Origin: a virus
Direction: 5' to 3' (one strand)
Virus record (IMG/VR): IMGVR_UViG_3300029848_000009
Length of the DNA stretch: 56,146 nt
The notes below the pieces were generated by a model that saw only the letters and a program-made list of their open reading frames with translations, searched no databases and had not been told where the DNA came from. Of the stretch, positions 36,654 through 43,863 are shown piece after piece. Position numbers and translations under genes: made by a program. Each line of letters opens with the position of its first letter. Position 1 is the stretch's first letter.

Positions 36654-37415
36654 ATGTTTAACACAGGTAATTGTGCATCCGTTCCGCTTGTCGCGAACAT
36701 TGACGGAAACGGAAATAACAACGGATGGGGCGCAGAAGGCTCATGGTTATGGTTCATTATCGTTATCTTTGCCATCTTCGGATGGGGCGGATTTGGTAAC
36801 GGATTCGGAGGAAACGGAATGAATGGTGGTGTCGGAAGCGAAATTCAGCGCGGATTTGATAATCAGGCGGTTGTGTCAAAACTTGACGGCATTACAAACG
36901 GACTTTGTGACGGATTCTATGCAGTGCAAACAGGCATGAACGGCATCAACACAAACATCTTGCAGACCGGATTCGGCATCCAGCAGGCTATCAATGCTGA
37001 TACAGTTGCTAACATGCAGAATACAAACGCATTACAGTCACAGCTTGCAAACTGCTGCTGTGAAACAAGAGAAGCTATCCAAGGCGTAAACTACAACATG
37101 GCAACTAACACTTGCGCGTTGCAGAACACAATGAACAGCAACACAAGAGACATTATCGACAGTCAGAACGCAGGAACACGCGCTATTCTTGATTATCTCT
37201 GCAATGAGAAAATTTCTTCCTTACAGGCAGAAAATAATGACCTTCGCAGAGCGGCTTCACAGGATCGTCAGAGTGCATTACTTACAACTCAGATGGCAGC
37301 TCAGACACAGCAGATTATCAATGCAGTAAATCCGTCTGCTATCCCGGCATATGTTGTACCTAACCCAAATGCTTATGCATATGGATGCGGATGCAACACA
37401 GGATGTGGCTGCTAA
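36654..37415 (+). CDS. Gly/Asn-rich single-TM protein with Q/N-rich middle and Cys-rich C-terminus
   Basis: ATG 36654 after GGAGGTAAATTCT. GNGNNNGWGAEGSWLWFIIVIFAIFGWGGFGNGFGGNG, then ANCCCETRE, ending AYAYGCGCNTGCGC. Confidence 0.6.
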   Translation: MFNTGNCASVPLVANIDGNGNNNGWGAEGSWLWFIIVIFAIFGWGGFGNGFGGNGMNGGVGSEIQRGFDNQAVVSKLDGITNGLCDGFYAVQTGMNGINTNILQTGFGIQQAINADTVANMQNTNALQSQLANCCCETREAIQGVNYNMATNTCALQNTMNSNTRDIIDSQNAGTRAILDYLCNEKISSLQAENNDLRRAASQDRQSALLTTQMAAQTQQIINAVNPSAIPAYVVPNPNAYAYGCGCNTGCGC

Positions 37416-37538
37416 AACTAAATAATTGAGTATCTTAATTGAGTTTAACTCGATCATGTCTGCTATGCAGTATTACTTTTGAATCAAAGGGCAGACTATA
37501 ATGTTTGCCCTTATTTTTATGAAAGAGAGGTAAAAATA

Positions 37539-37958
37539 ATGGAAGTAACAGGAATTGCATTACAAACCGTTGCTGCTGGAGAAGATGTTGCATTTACAGA
37601 AACGGCAGTAAACGGAACAAAATGTATCGTACACAGACAAGGAAGCGGAATTATAAAACTAAGAGGTATCACCAATCAGTGCAAGGCTAGATTTTTGGTA
37701 TCGTATTCCGGCAACATTCAGATTCCGACAGGCGGTACAGTCGGAGAGATTTCACTTGCAATCGCGGTTGATGGAGAGCCTTTGCAGTCAACAAAGATGA
37801 TCGTAACCCCAGCCGCAGTTGAGAATTTCTTTAACGTATCAGCACAGGCATACGTTGATGTGCCTTGCGGTTGTTGCAGTACCGTAGCCGTGCAGAATAC
37901 ATCCACGCAGGCTATCGAGGTTCAGAACAGTAATTTGATTGCAGTAAGGGAGGCTTGA
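37539..37958 (+). CDS. All-beta ~139-aa protein, possibly C1q/TNF-like (BclA C-terminal-domain-like)
   Basis: ATG 37539 after GAGAGGTAAAAATA. Alternating beta pattern FLVSYSGNIQIP...ISLAIAVDGEPLQ...AQAYVDVPCGCCSTVAVQN...LIAVREA. The fold call rests on sequence resemblance alone. Confidence 0.55.
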   Translation: MEVTGIALQTVAAGEDVAFTETAVNGTKCIVHRQGSGIIKLRGITNQCKARFLVSYSGNIQIPTGGTVGEISLAIAVDGEPLQSTKMIVTPAAVENFFNVSAQAYVDVPCGCCSTVAVQNTSTQAIEVQNSNLIAVREA

Positions 37959-37962
37959 TATT

Positions 37963-38643
37963 ATGCATAAGTTTGCGAAACAGATTATGGATTGCGTGAA
38001 AGCCCACGTTGACGGCATCGGAATCGAGAATTTTGAAGGACAAAACCTCGATGATCTCAAGGATTGGACGGAAATTGCAAAGAATATCGTATGCTTTGAC
38101 AAGGACTATAACATTGTTGAAGCGATGAAAAGGTCTGAAGATGAAGAAATCATGCGCATGATGGAAGAATTTGGGGATTATCCGGGAAGAAGATACTACA
38201 ATGAGTACCGGTACTCAAATGGCAGATTCGCACCGAAAGGACGTGGAACACGCAGAGGATATGTAGAACCACCATATTATCATCAGATGCCGGAAGATTA
38301 CCACGAATGGGAGAGTATGCCAGAATACGACCGAATGAGAGACCTTGACAGAATGAGTATGGGAAAGATGTATTATTCAGAGCCTATGAGCGGAAATAAC
38401 GGCATGAGTACCGGTACTCACGATGCAAGAGAAGGCAGAGCCGGTATGAGTCGGAGAAGCTACATGGAGACAAAGGAAATGCATAACGGAAATTCACCTG
38501 AAGATAAGGATGCAAAGATGAAAGAACTCGAAAAGTACATGAAATCTCTTTCGGAAGATGTGACCGAACTGTTTTCCGGAATGTCCCCAGAAGAGAAACA
38601 GTTGACCAAGACAAAGCTGACTACGCTTGTTACGAAAATGTAA
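37963..38643 (+). CDS. Arg/Tyr/Met/Glu-rich protein of unknown function
   Basis: GRRYYNEYRYSNGRFAPKGRGTRRGYVEPPYYHQMPEDYHEWESMPEYDRMRDLDRM. Confidence 0.55.
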   Translation: MHKFAKQIMDCVKAHVDGIGIENFEGQNLDDLKDWTEIAKNIVCFDKDYNIVEAMKRSEDEEIMRMMEEFGDYPGRRYYNEYRYSNGRFAPKGRGTRRGYVEPPYYHQMPEDYHEWESMPEYDRMRDLDRMSMGKMYYSEPMSGNNGMSTGTHDAREGRAGMSRRSYMETKEMHNGNSPEDKDAKMKELEKYMKSLSEDVTELFSGMSPEEKQLTKTKLTTLVTKM

Positions 38644-38646
38644 TAG

Positions 38647-38671
38647 AGAGGGCATTTTGCCCTCTTTGTTT
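38647..38671 (+). terminator. Hairpin / partial terminator
   Basis: agagggc atttt gccctct followed by ttgttt. Confidence 0.5.
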
Positions 38672-39002
38672 GCGAGGTGGTAAATTGTTCACAATAAACA
38701 ATGAAATGTGGAATTTGGTCAAAGTATCGCGTTACAGCGATATGCTACAGAGAAGTGACGGAAGTAGAACGGTAGGCATGACCGACAGGGACACGCAAAC
38801 AATATATCTTGCAGATGATCTACGCGGAAAATTCCTTGATCGTGTGTTATGCCACGAATTATGTCATGCATTCTGTCTTTCGTATAATGTATACATGGAT
38901 ATTGATACCGAGGAAATCGTAGCAGACTTCTTGGCTACATACGGAAGAGAAGTGTTTGAAATAGCAGACAGATTATTGATTAAACTTATGGAGGTTGCAT
39001 AA
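38670..39002 (+). CDS. Small HExxH metallopeptidase-like protein (ImmA/IrrE- or SprT-like)
   Basis: TIYLADDLRGKFLDRVLCHELCHAF carries the HELCH motif. The start is uncertain (TTG 38670/38685 or ATG 38706). Confidence 0.5.
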   Translation: MRGGKLFTINNEMWNLVKVSRYSDMLQRSDGSRTVGMTDRDTQTIYLADDLRGKFLDRVLCHELCHAFCLSYNVYMDIDTEEIVADFLATYGREVFEIADRLLIKLMEVA

Positions 39003-39154
39003 TGGATAAAATTTCAGAACTCTTACAGTACGTGCACCGGACGAATCCGGAAATGACTAGGGAAAGGCTGATAGAAGAGTTGAGCAAAAGTGACTATGCG
39101 GCGCGTTCTTTGATTTTCACGAAAGAAAACATCGTTGCGCTAGGTCAAAAATAA
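39002..39154 (+). CDS. Small hypothetical protein (50 aa)
   Basis: TAATG overlap. MDKISELLQYVHRTNPEMTRERLIEELSKSDYAARSLIFTKENIVALGQK. Confidence 0.4.
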   Translation: MDKISELLQYVHRTNPEMTRERLIEELSKSDYAARSLIFTKENIVALGQK

Positions 39155-39155
39155 A

Positions 39156-39180
39156 TCCGGCGGTTTGAATTGCCGCCGGA
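39156..39180. terminator. Bidirectional terminator between convergent genes
   Basis: tccggcgg (39156-39163) pairs with ccgccgga (39173-39180). Confidence 0.7.
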
Positions 39181-39186
39181 ATTGTA

Positions 39187-39426
39187 TCAGACTTTCGGAA
39201 TGTAAGAACCTTTCATTATTTCTATAGCGAGTTTCGCGCCTTCCGTCATGTAAAAATCATTATTCTTTGCACAGCAACTAAAAAGCAGTTCCTCGAACTC
39301 TGAATATAAATTTTCACTTAATAACCCTTTCAGCTTCTCTGTTAAGGGTGAGAAGTATTCAACAAAGGCATTTCCGGTTTCATTGTCAAGCTGACTTGAA
39401 CATACGATTTTAATAAATTCATCCAT
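39187..39426 (-). CDS. Hypothetical protein (weak paralog of next gene)
   Basis: 79 aa. ELLFSCCAKNNDFYMTEGAKLAIEIM resembles AAFIAGFACCAKFLTNG in 39448-39723. Confidence 0.5.
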   Translation of the reverse strand: MDEFIKIVCSSQLDNETGNAFVEYFSPLTEKLKGLLSENLYSEFEELLFSCCAKNNDFYMTEGAKLAIEIMKGSYIPKV

Positions 39427-39447
39427 TTTAATATTCTCCTTTCAATT

Positions 39448-39723
39448 CTATTCGTTTGGTAACAAGTCTGTTTTGCCATTTGTAAGGAACTTTGCGCAAC
39501 ACGCGAATCCAGCAATAAAAGCCGCTTCTTGAATGTCGCAAACACCATCCCTTATCTTATCGCTAATGTCGTTATACAGTTTTTCGCTCAACACATCCTT
39601 AAGGCTGTCAACCGAATCATACATCTTGTAGCAAGCAGAATTGATAATTCTTACACTCTTTGAATTGTTTACATCGTTTGTGTCTAAAAAGTTTTCATAA
39701 GCAATTTTTAATAATTCTTCCAT
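39448..39723 (-). CDS. Hypothetical protein
   Basis: ATG 39723 (MEELLKIAYENF) after GGAGAGAAACAATT on the - strand. Confidence 0.5.
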   Translation of the reverse strand: MEELLKIAYENFLDTNDVNNSKSVRIINSACYKMYDSVDSLKDVLSEKLYNDISDKIRDGVCDIQEAAFIAGFACCAKFLTNGKTDLLPNE

Positions 39724-39777
39724 AATTGTTTCTCTCCATTTCTGTTTTGTGTTTTTCTTGATGAATATACAGTAACA

Positions 39778-39951
39778 TATATAAGTTGAATATTCAACCG
39801 ACAATATAACCAAAATATATAAGTTGAATTTGTGTGGCTATTGTGAATATTATATAAGTTGAATATATGATTATACGCATAGCTGATTATATAACTTGAA
39901 TATTGACATATTTAACGATAATTGATAATATGTTTATATAAATTGAATATT
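39778..39951 (+). repeat. Five direct copies of a 16-17-bp iteron TATATAA(G/C/A)TTGAAT(A/T)T in a divergent intergenic region
   Basis: Copies start at 39778, 39816, 39851, 39888 and 39935. Copy 1 extends into the palindrome GTTGAATATTCAAC. TTGACA 39904-39909 follows copy 4. Confidence 0.85.
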
Positions 39952-39966
39952 AAAAGAGGTGAGACA

Positions 39967-40149
39967 ATGGCAAAAACTCCAGAGTATACAAAGAAAGCTA
40001 TTCAGAATTACAATAACAAGTTTGACAGAATAGCAGTTAATTTACCAAAGGGGACAAAAAACAGGATAAAAGTATTGACCGGAAAAAGTTGTAATGCTTA
40101 TGTTTCTGAATTGGTTGTAAAAGATTTAAACAGCTTAGAAAATAAGTAA
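39967..40149 (+). CDS. Ribbon-helix-helix (CopG/Arc-like) small DNA-binding protein
   Basis: ATG 39967 after AGAGGTGAGACA. FDRIAVNLPKGTKNRIKVLTGKSCNAYVSELVVKDL fits an RHH beta-alpha-alpha pattern. Confidence 0.5.
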   Translation: MAKTPEYTKKAIQNYNNKFDRIAVNLPKGTKNRIKVLTGKSCNAYVSELVVKDLNSLENK

Positions 40150-40204
40150 TTTGTTGGTAAAACGGAAATGATTTGTTCAAAAACTAAAGAGAAAGGAGAA
40201 AGCA

Positions 40205-40915
40205 ATGGAGGAATTAGAAAAATTGGAAATTCCAGCAATCAAAGTTTGGGATTCTCAAAGGGTTGTAACTTTTAATGATATAGACAGAGTACATCAAAGA
40301 CCTAACGGAACGGCAAAGCGTAGTTTTAAACAAAATAGAAAACATTTTATTTTGAACGAAGATTACTTTGAATTAACAAGAAAAGAGTTCGGGACGAATT
40401 TCGTCCCTAATTCCGAACCGTTAAAAGGGAACCCGAATTTGAAAGTCTTTTTATTTACAGAAACAGGATATTTAATGCTTGTAAAGTCATTCCATGATGA
40501 TTTGTCTTGGAAAGTGCAAAGAAGACTTGTAAGCTCATATTTCAATTGTGGAAAGTTGCAAAACGAAGTGATAAATCGAAGTGATGTACCGCAACCGCAT
40601 GAAGGTCATTATCCATCGTTGGCTAACACTTGGATGAAAGACCATGAACCTCTATTTAAGCAGATTTGTAGTGCCTATGGGATCAGCAGAAAGGAACTGT
40701 ACCACAAGATATTGTTGGATATTGGGGATGATTATAATGTTGATGATTATAGAGTTTTCTATAAGCGCGATACCGGACACGCGCCAGAGTATATCATGGA
40801 GGTTGTATCGTTTTATCCAGAATTAAGGGAAGCGGCAGAAACTATCATACAGATACACATGAATAGAGTTAGAAGGTACCCAAAAGAGTATTTAGGGCAT
40901 ATATATAACAGATAA
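40205..40915 (+). CDS. ORF6N/KilA-N-type antirepressor-like protein
   Basis: SQRVVTFNDIDRVHQRPNGTAKRSFKQNRKHFILNEDYFELTRKE fits the ORF6N pattern. Confidence 0.55.
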   Translation: MEELEKLEIPAIKVWDSQRVVTFNDIDRVHQRPNGTAKRSFKQNRKHFILNEDYFELTRKEFGTNFVPNSEPLKGNPNLKVFLFTETGYLMLVKSFHDDLSWKVQRRLVSSYFNCGKLQNEVINRSDVPQPHEGHYPSLANTWMKDHEPLFKQICSAYGISRKELYHKILLDIGDDYNVDDYRVFYKRDTGHAPEYIMEVVSFYPELREAAETIIQIHMNRVRRYPKEYLGHIYNR

Positions 40916-40930
40916 AAGATAATTCACAAA

Positions 40931-41025
40931 CAAAGGGCAGATTTTCCGGCTGTCTTTTTCTTTTTGCCATATCCAAAAAACAACAACGCTTCCGGGCATA
41001 TCTCACAAAATCTTTCGCAAAAAAT
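40931..41025 (+). repeat. Imperfect ~95-bp direct repeat, copy A (terminator hairpin plus conserved tail); copy B at 43951-44040
   Basis: caaagggcagattttccggctgtctttttctttttgccatatccaaaa..gggcatatctcacaaaatct aligns with copy B at roughly 80 percent identity. Confidence 0.8.
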
Positions 41026-41116
41026 GAAACGTGACAACTTTTCAGAAAAGGAAATGCGGCAGATTGCGGATGCATTGGGGCTTGATTTAGAAATTGTAAT
41101 GAAAGAGAAGAAATAA
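41024..41116 (+). CDS. Short ORF (30 aa), possibly a remnant of an HTH-protein C-terminus
   Basis: MKRDNFSEKEMRQIADALGLDLEIVMKEKK, followed by a terminator. Confidence 0.25.
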   Translation: MKRDNFSEKEMRQIADALGLDLEIVMKEKK

Positions 41117-41117
41117 G

Positions 41118-41142
41118 AAAACCCGCCTAACTGGCGGGTTTT
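41118..41142 (+). terminator. Intrinsic terminator
   Basis: aaaacccgcc taactg gcgggtttt. Confidence 0.75.
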
Positions 41143-41421
41143 GATGAAAGAAAATTTTTCCCGCGCCCCAAAAAATATTTCGTAATTTTTTTGTACCCCC
41201 CTGGGGTAGCGTTTTTGGGGTCAAGATTCCATTTTCACGGATTCTCAAAAACGTGTAACAAACATGCAATTATCTGCGATATCCCGCAAATAACACAAAT
41301 ACACTATATGCTATGCCATATATAGATAATCCATTGATGATATTTGATGATATTGCCGATCACAGGCAAACGCCAGAAGACGCCTGCCCGGCTATAGTTA
41401 TAGTCTAGCATAGACCGCATT

Positions 41422-41667
41422 TTACCACTTGTCAAGATAGTTTTTCCCATTGTACCGGCTGTAAGTGTGTGTTATGCTTTCCAACTTTTGCGTGATCTGC
41501 AACCAATCACCGCCACGTTGGGCTGTTATTTTGATTTTTGCAGATTCCACCCATTCCACGCCTTCAAATTTCGAGTATCCGCACATTTTGCCGGATTCCA
41601 CAGGATAGCCAAGAGCATCCACCCGGCGCAAAATCTCCCTTTTACCGATATACTCATATTTTTCCAT
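41422..41667 (-). CDS. Hypothetical protein (last gene of leftward operon)
   Basis: 81 aa with GGAGGTGTAGAAG RBS. Confidence 0.55.
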   Translation of the reverse strand: MEKYEYIGKREILRRVDALGYPVESGKMCGYSKFEGVEWVESAKIKITAQRGGDWLQITQKLESITHTYSRYNGKNYLDKW

Positions 41668-41821
41668 CTTCTACACCTCCAGAAGTTCCGCGCTCGCTCA
41701 TGCAGATATCTTTGCATCCGTTGCGCGCTAACTGGTTAACGATCAGCCACGCTTGCAAATCTCCATACGCTACCCGGCGCACAGCTTGCCCCTTAAAAGT
41801 TGCCTTAATATCATAGGTCAT
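41654..41821 (-). CDS. Small hypothetical protein (55 aa)
   Basis: ATG 41821 after AAGGAGGTGTGAATCC. The track ORF extends upstream to 41866. Confidence 0.5.
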   Translation of the reverse strand: MTYDIKATFKGQAVRRVAYGDLQAWLIVNQLARNGCKDICMSERGTSGGVEDGKI

Positions 41822-41886
41822 GGATTCACACCTCCTTGTATTGTGTTTATTTATTAATGCGCTCATGGAAACTGATTTCCATGCAA

Positions 41887-41933
41887 TCCGCGTTCCCGGA
41901 ATCGAACCGGAACGAAGTCACCAGACACGCGAA
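41887..41933 (-). ncRNA. tRNA-like acceptor/T-arm minihelix 1 (no D or anticodon arm)
   Basis: The - strand reads TTCGCGT-(15 nt)-TCCGG-TTCGATT-CCGGG-A-ACGCGGA. It is intergenic, between 41955-42218 and 41654-41821. Confidence 0.45.
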
Positions 41934-41954
41934 GAAGGGCGGAAGAGTACCGCC

Positions 41955-42218
41955 TTAAATTACAACAAAATCCCCTTGGAATCCTGTTGTTATAATCATT
42001 TTTCCGTCAGATCTGCGGTACACAACGCCGCAACCGTCCGCAAAAGTTGACCACACGAGCCATCCGGGCGGTGTAAGTTTTTCCCCGGTTTTATAATCCA
42101 GGAATGAGTAACGCGGAATAACGCCACTTTTTTCTTGATCTAGCGCGTTGTTAATTGCTTGCGATTCTGTTACGATCTGCACACCTTTTCCCGTGTGCAA
42201 AATATATCTTTCTTCCAT
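41955..42218 (-). CDS. Hypothetical protein
   Basis: 87 aa with AAAGAGGTATAAGAA RBS. Confidence 0.55.
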   Translation of the reverse strand: MEERYILHTGKGVQIVTESQAINNALDQEKSGVIPRYSFLDYKTGEKLTPPGWLVWSTFADGCGVVYRRSDGKMIITTGFQGDFVVI

Positions 42219-42259
42219 TTCTTATACCTCTTTCCTTTTATTTGCTCATTTTTGAGTAA

Positions 42260-42303
42260 TGGCAAGCCGGGGAATCGAACCCCGGAAAACTCCGCCGCTT
42301 GCC
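42260..42303 (-). ncRNA. tRNA-like acceptor/T-arm minihelix 2 (44 nt)
   Basis: The - strand reads GGCAAGC-GGCGGAGTTTTC-CGGGG-TTCGATT-CCCCG-GCTTGCC-A. It has a perfect 7-bp acceptor and 5-bp T stem, and starts on the last base of the upstream stop codon. Confidence 0.55.
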
Positions 42304-42659
42304 TAACTTGCTAAAATCTGCCGTGCTGTATTAAATACATAGAGCCGGTTGTGGCTGTGGCGTTTAAAATCTCCATTTTCAGCAATCACACGCCCACTAT
42401 TTGGATATTTGAGGCTTACAACGGTCAAATACTTGTTTAGCAGTTCATCCGGGCATTTTAGGCATTCTATAGCGTTTTCAATGGTGCTTTTCTTGCTATT
42501 CCAGTAAATGCCCTCAATGCGTACGCCTTTTTCTTTTTCCAGTTCGTCAAATTCTTTCATCAGTTCCGCTTTTGTCATAAAATCAACCAACCTTTCATTA
42601 TTCAAAAATGAACCCGTAGCCGCTATTTCGTGCTGCTCTCTGAAATTCTTCTTTTCCAT
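42303..42659 (-). CDS. Hypothetical protein (start uncertain; may be fused to 42598-42744 by a frameshift)
   Basis: ATG 42659 lacks an RBS. The track ORF extends to 42707. It overlaps the upstream ORF by about 60 nt in another frame. Confidence 0.45.
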   Translation of the reverse strand: MEKKNFREQHEIAATGSFLNNERLVDFMTKAELMKEFDELEKEKGVRIEGIYWNSKKSTIENAIECLKCPDELLNKYLTVVSLKYPNSGRVIAENGDFKRHSHNRLYVFNTARQILAS

Positions 42660-42744
42660 ACTTTTGATACATCTTTTCAAGATTTGCGGAAATGTCAAAC
42701 CCTGCAAGTTTTAACTCAAACAATATTTGTATTTTGTCGTCCAT
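42598..42744 (-). CDS. Small hypothetical protein or N-terminal part of a frameshifted gene
   Basis: ATG 42744 after AAAGGGAAAAT. Ends at ...GFIFE-TAA, right after a T5 run. Confidence 0.4.
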   Translation of the reverse strand: MDDKIQILFELKLAGFDISANLEKMYQKYGKEEFQRAARNSGYGFIFE

Positions 42745-42821
42745 ATTTTCCCTTTCTGGTCTGCCATCATCAGAGCCGGGCGACCATCCCACGGCTGACG
42801 CTCCAGATCGGAGCGTTTCGG

Positions 42822-43019
42822 CTATGCTATGCAGATTTCAAATACATCGCCTTGGACGTGTTCAAAATCGACTTTTTCAAAAATGCCGATTCCGTAAAAG
42901 TCGGCTGTGAGTTCTCCGAAGTGGTTATACTCAAACGCGATTCCGTTCTTTTTCAGTTCGTTGATCGCGTCACCGTTCTTTGTTGTTTCCCATGTAAAAC
43001 GCATTCCCGTCTTTCTCAT
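42822..43019 (-). CDS. Hypothetical protein
   Basis: 65 aa with GGGAGGGCTTAAAT RBS. Confidence 0.55.
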   Translation of the reverse strand: MRKTGMRFTWETTKNGDAINELKKNGIAFEYNHFGELTADFYGIGIFEKVDFEHVQGDVFEICIA

Positions 43020-43032
43020 ATTTAAGCCCTCC

Positions 43033-43209
43033 CTATAAAATTTCCGAAAGCTGTAAAATCTGCGCTTCGCTCAAATGGTCAATAACAACATTCCCGTTTA
43101 CGTCACTCAATTCGTATTCATCCGGGAGAGTGGTAAAACCGTCAAACTGGTTCGAAATATAAAACCCTTTTCTTTCTAATAATGTTTCTGCCGCTTTCAT
43201 ATTTTTCAT
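43033..43209 (-). CDS. Hypothetical protein (first gene of leftward operon)
   Basis: ATG 43209 after GCGAGGTTACAAC. The track ORF extends to 43404 through the promoter region. Confidence 0.5.
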   Translation of the reverse strand: MKNMKAAETLLERKGFYISNQFDGFTTLPDEYELSDVNGNVVIDHLSEAQILQLSEIL

Positions 43210-43251
43210 GTTGTAACCTCGCTTTCGTGTTTCATTTGATATACTAATAGT

Positions 43252-43376
43252 ACACGATAATAGATTATAATACAATTGACACAATACGCGAAAATAGACG
43301 ACACAAAACAGCAGTTTATTGTGCAATATGATACATGAGAATAGACGTTGACATGGTGTGAAAAATCTATTATCAT
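43252..43376. promoter_or_regulatory. Divergent promoter/operator region of the XRE cassette
   Basis: The box ACACGATAATAGATTAT occurs at 43252-43268 and again at 43653-43669. AATAGAC occurs at 43293, 43340 and 43635. The promoter is TTGACA 43348-43353 / TATCAT 43371-43376. Confidence 0.55.
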
Positions 43377-43402
43377 ATATAAAAAGAAAAGAGGTGTGAC
43401 GC

Positions 43403-43624
43403 ATGGCGAATTATGGTGCAAACGGATATATTGACTTTTCCAAGCTGTGGAATGTCTTAGAAAAAAAGGAATACAATAAGCAGTGGTTAAAGAATAACGG
43501 AATCCATTCTAATACAGTGGCAAAGCTGACAAAAAATGAAAATGTAACTTGTGAGGTTATATGTAATCTATGCAGACTGCTAAATTGTCAGCCGGGCGAT
43601 ATTATGGAATATAAAAATAATTAA
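43403..43624 (+). CDS. XRE-family HTH regulator
   Basis: LWNVLEKKEYNKQWLKNNGIHSNTVAKLTKNENVTCEVICNLCRLLNCQPGDIMEY is an HTH_26-like pattern. Confidence 0.7.
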   Translation: MANYGANGYIDFSKLWNVLEKKEYNKQWLKNNGIHSNTVAKLTKNENVTCEVICNLCRLLNCQPGDIMEYKNN

Positions 43625-43719
43625 AATACATGAAAATAGACTATTGACATATACACGATAATAGATTATTATAAAGCTGTCGGAAGACAATAGCCGGGCA
43701 AGCGGAGAAAGGAGAACAA

Positions 43720-43863
43720 ATGAACGAAATGACAGATAAACAGATGGAAGTTATATTAAATCTCGTAGCTGATAAATTTGCAGGATGTAAGGACATGGAC
43801 GAAGTTCAAAAAGCAATAGATGAGGTTCGCAACATGGCAAAAAAAGAAAAGCCTAACGATTAG
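43720..43863 (+). CDS. Small hypothetical protein (47 aa)
   Basis: ATG 43720 after AAAGGAGAACAA. Has its own promoter: TTGACA 43644-43649 / TATTAT 43667-43672. Confidence 0.45.
   Translation: MNEMTDKQMEVILNLVADKFAGCKDMDEVQKAIDEVRNMAKKEKPND

Noticed and set aside
39778-39951. Whether the five regularly spaced repeats are a mini-CRISPR array
   Set aside because: The repeats are 16-17 bp and AT-rich, with about 20-bp AT-rich spacers of unequal length. They overlap promoter elements in a divergent intergenic region, and no cas genes or leader are present. They fit operators or iterons better.
41087-41269. Minus-strand ORF 41087-41269 in the non-coding stretch after repeat copy A
   Set aside because: It has no RBS and spans a terminator and a 9-bp ccccaaaaa/tttttgggg helix. 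It is more likely structured non-coding DNA or RNA.
41467-43025. Plus-strand ORFs (41467-41739, 41538-41816, 41820-42050, 42630-43025) within the XRE cassette
   Set aside because: Each is antisense to a minus-strand ORF that has a strong GGAGG-type RBS. The plus-strand versions lack RBSs and cross the tRNA-like elements.
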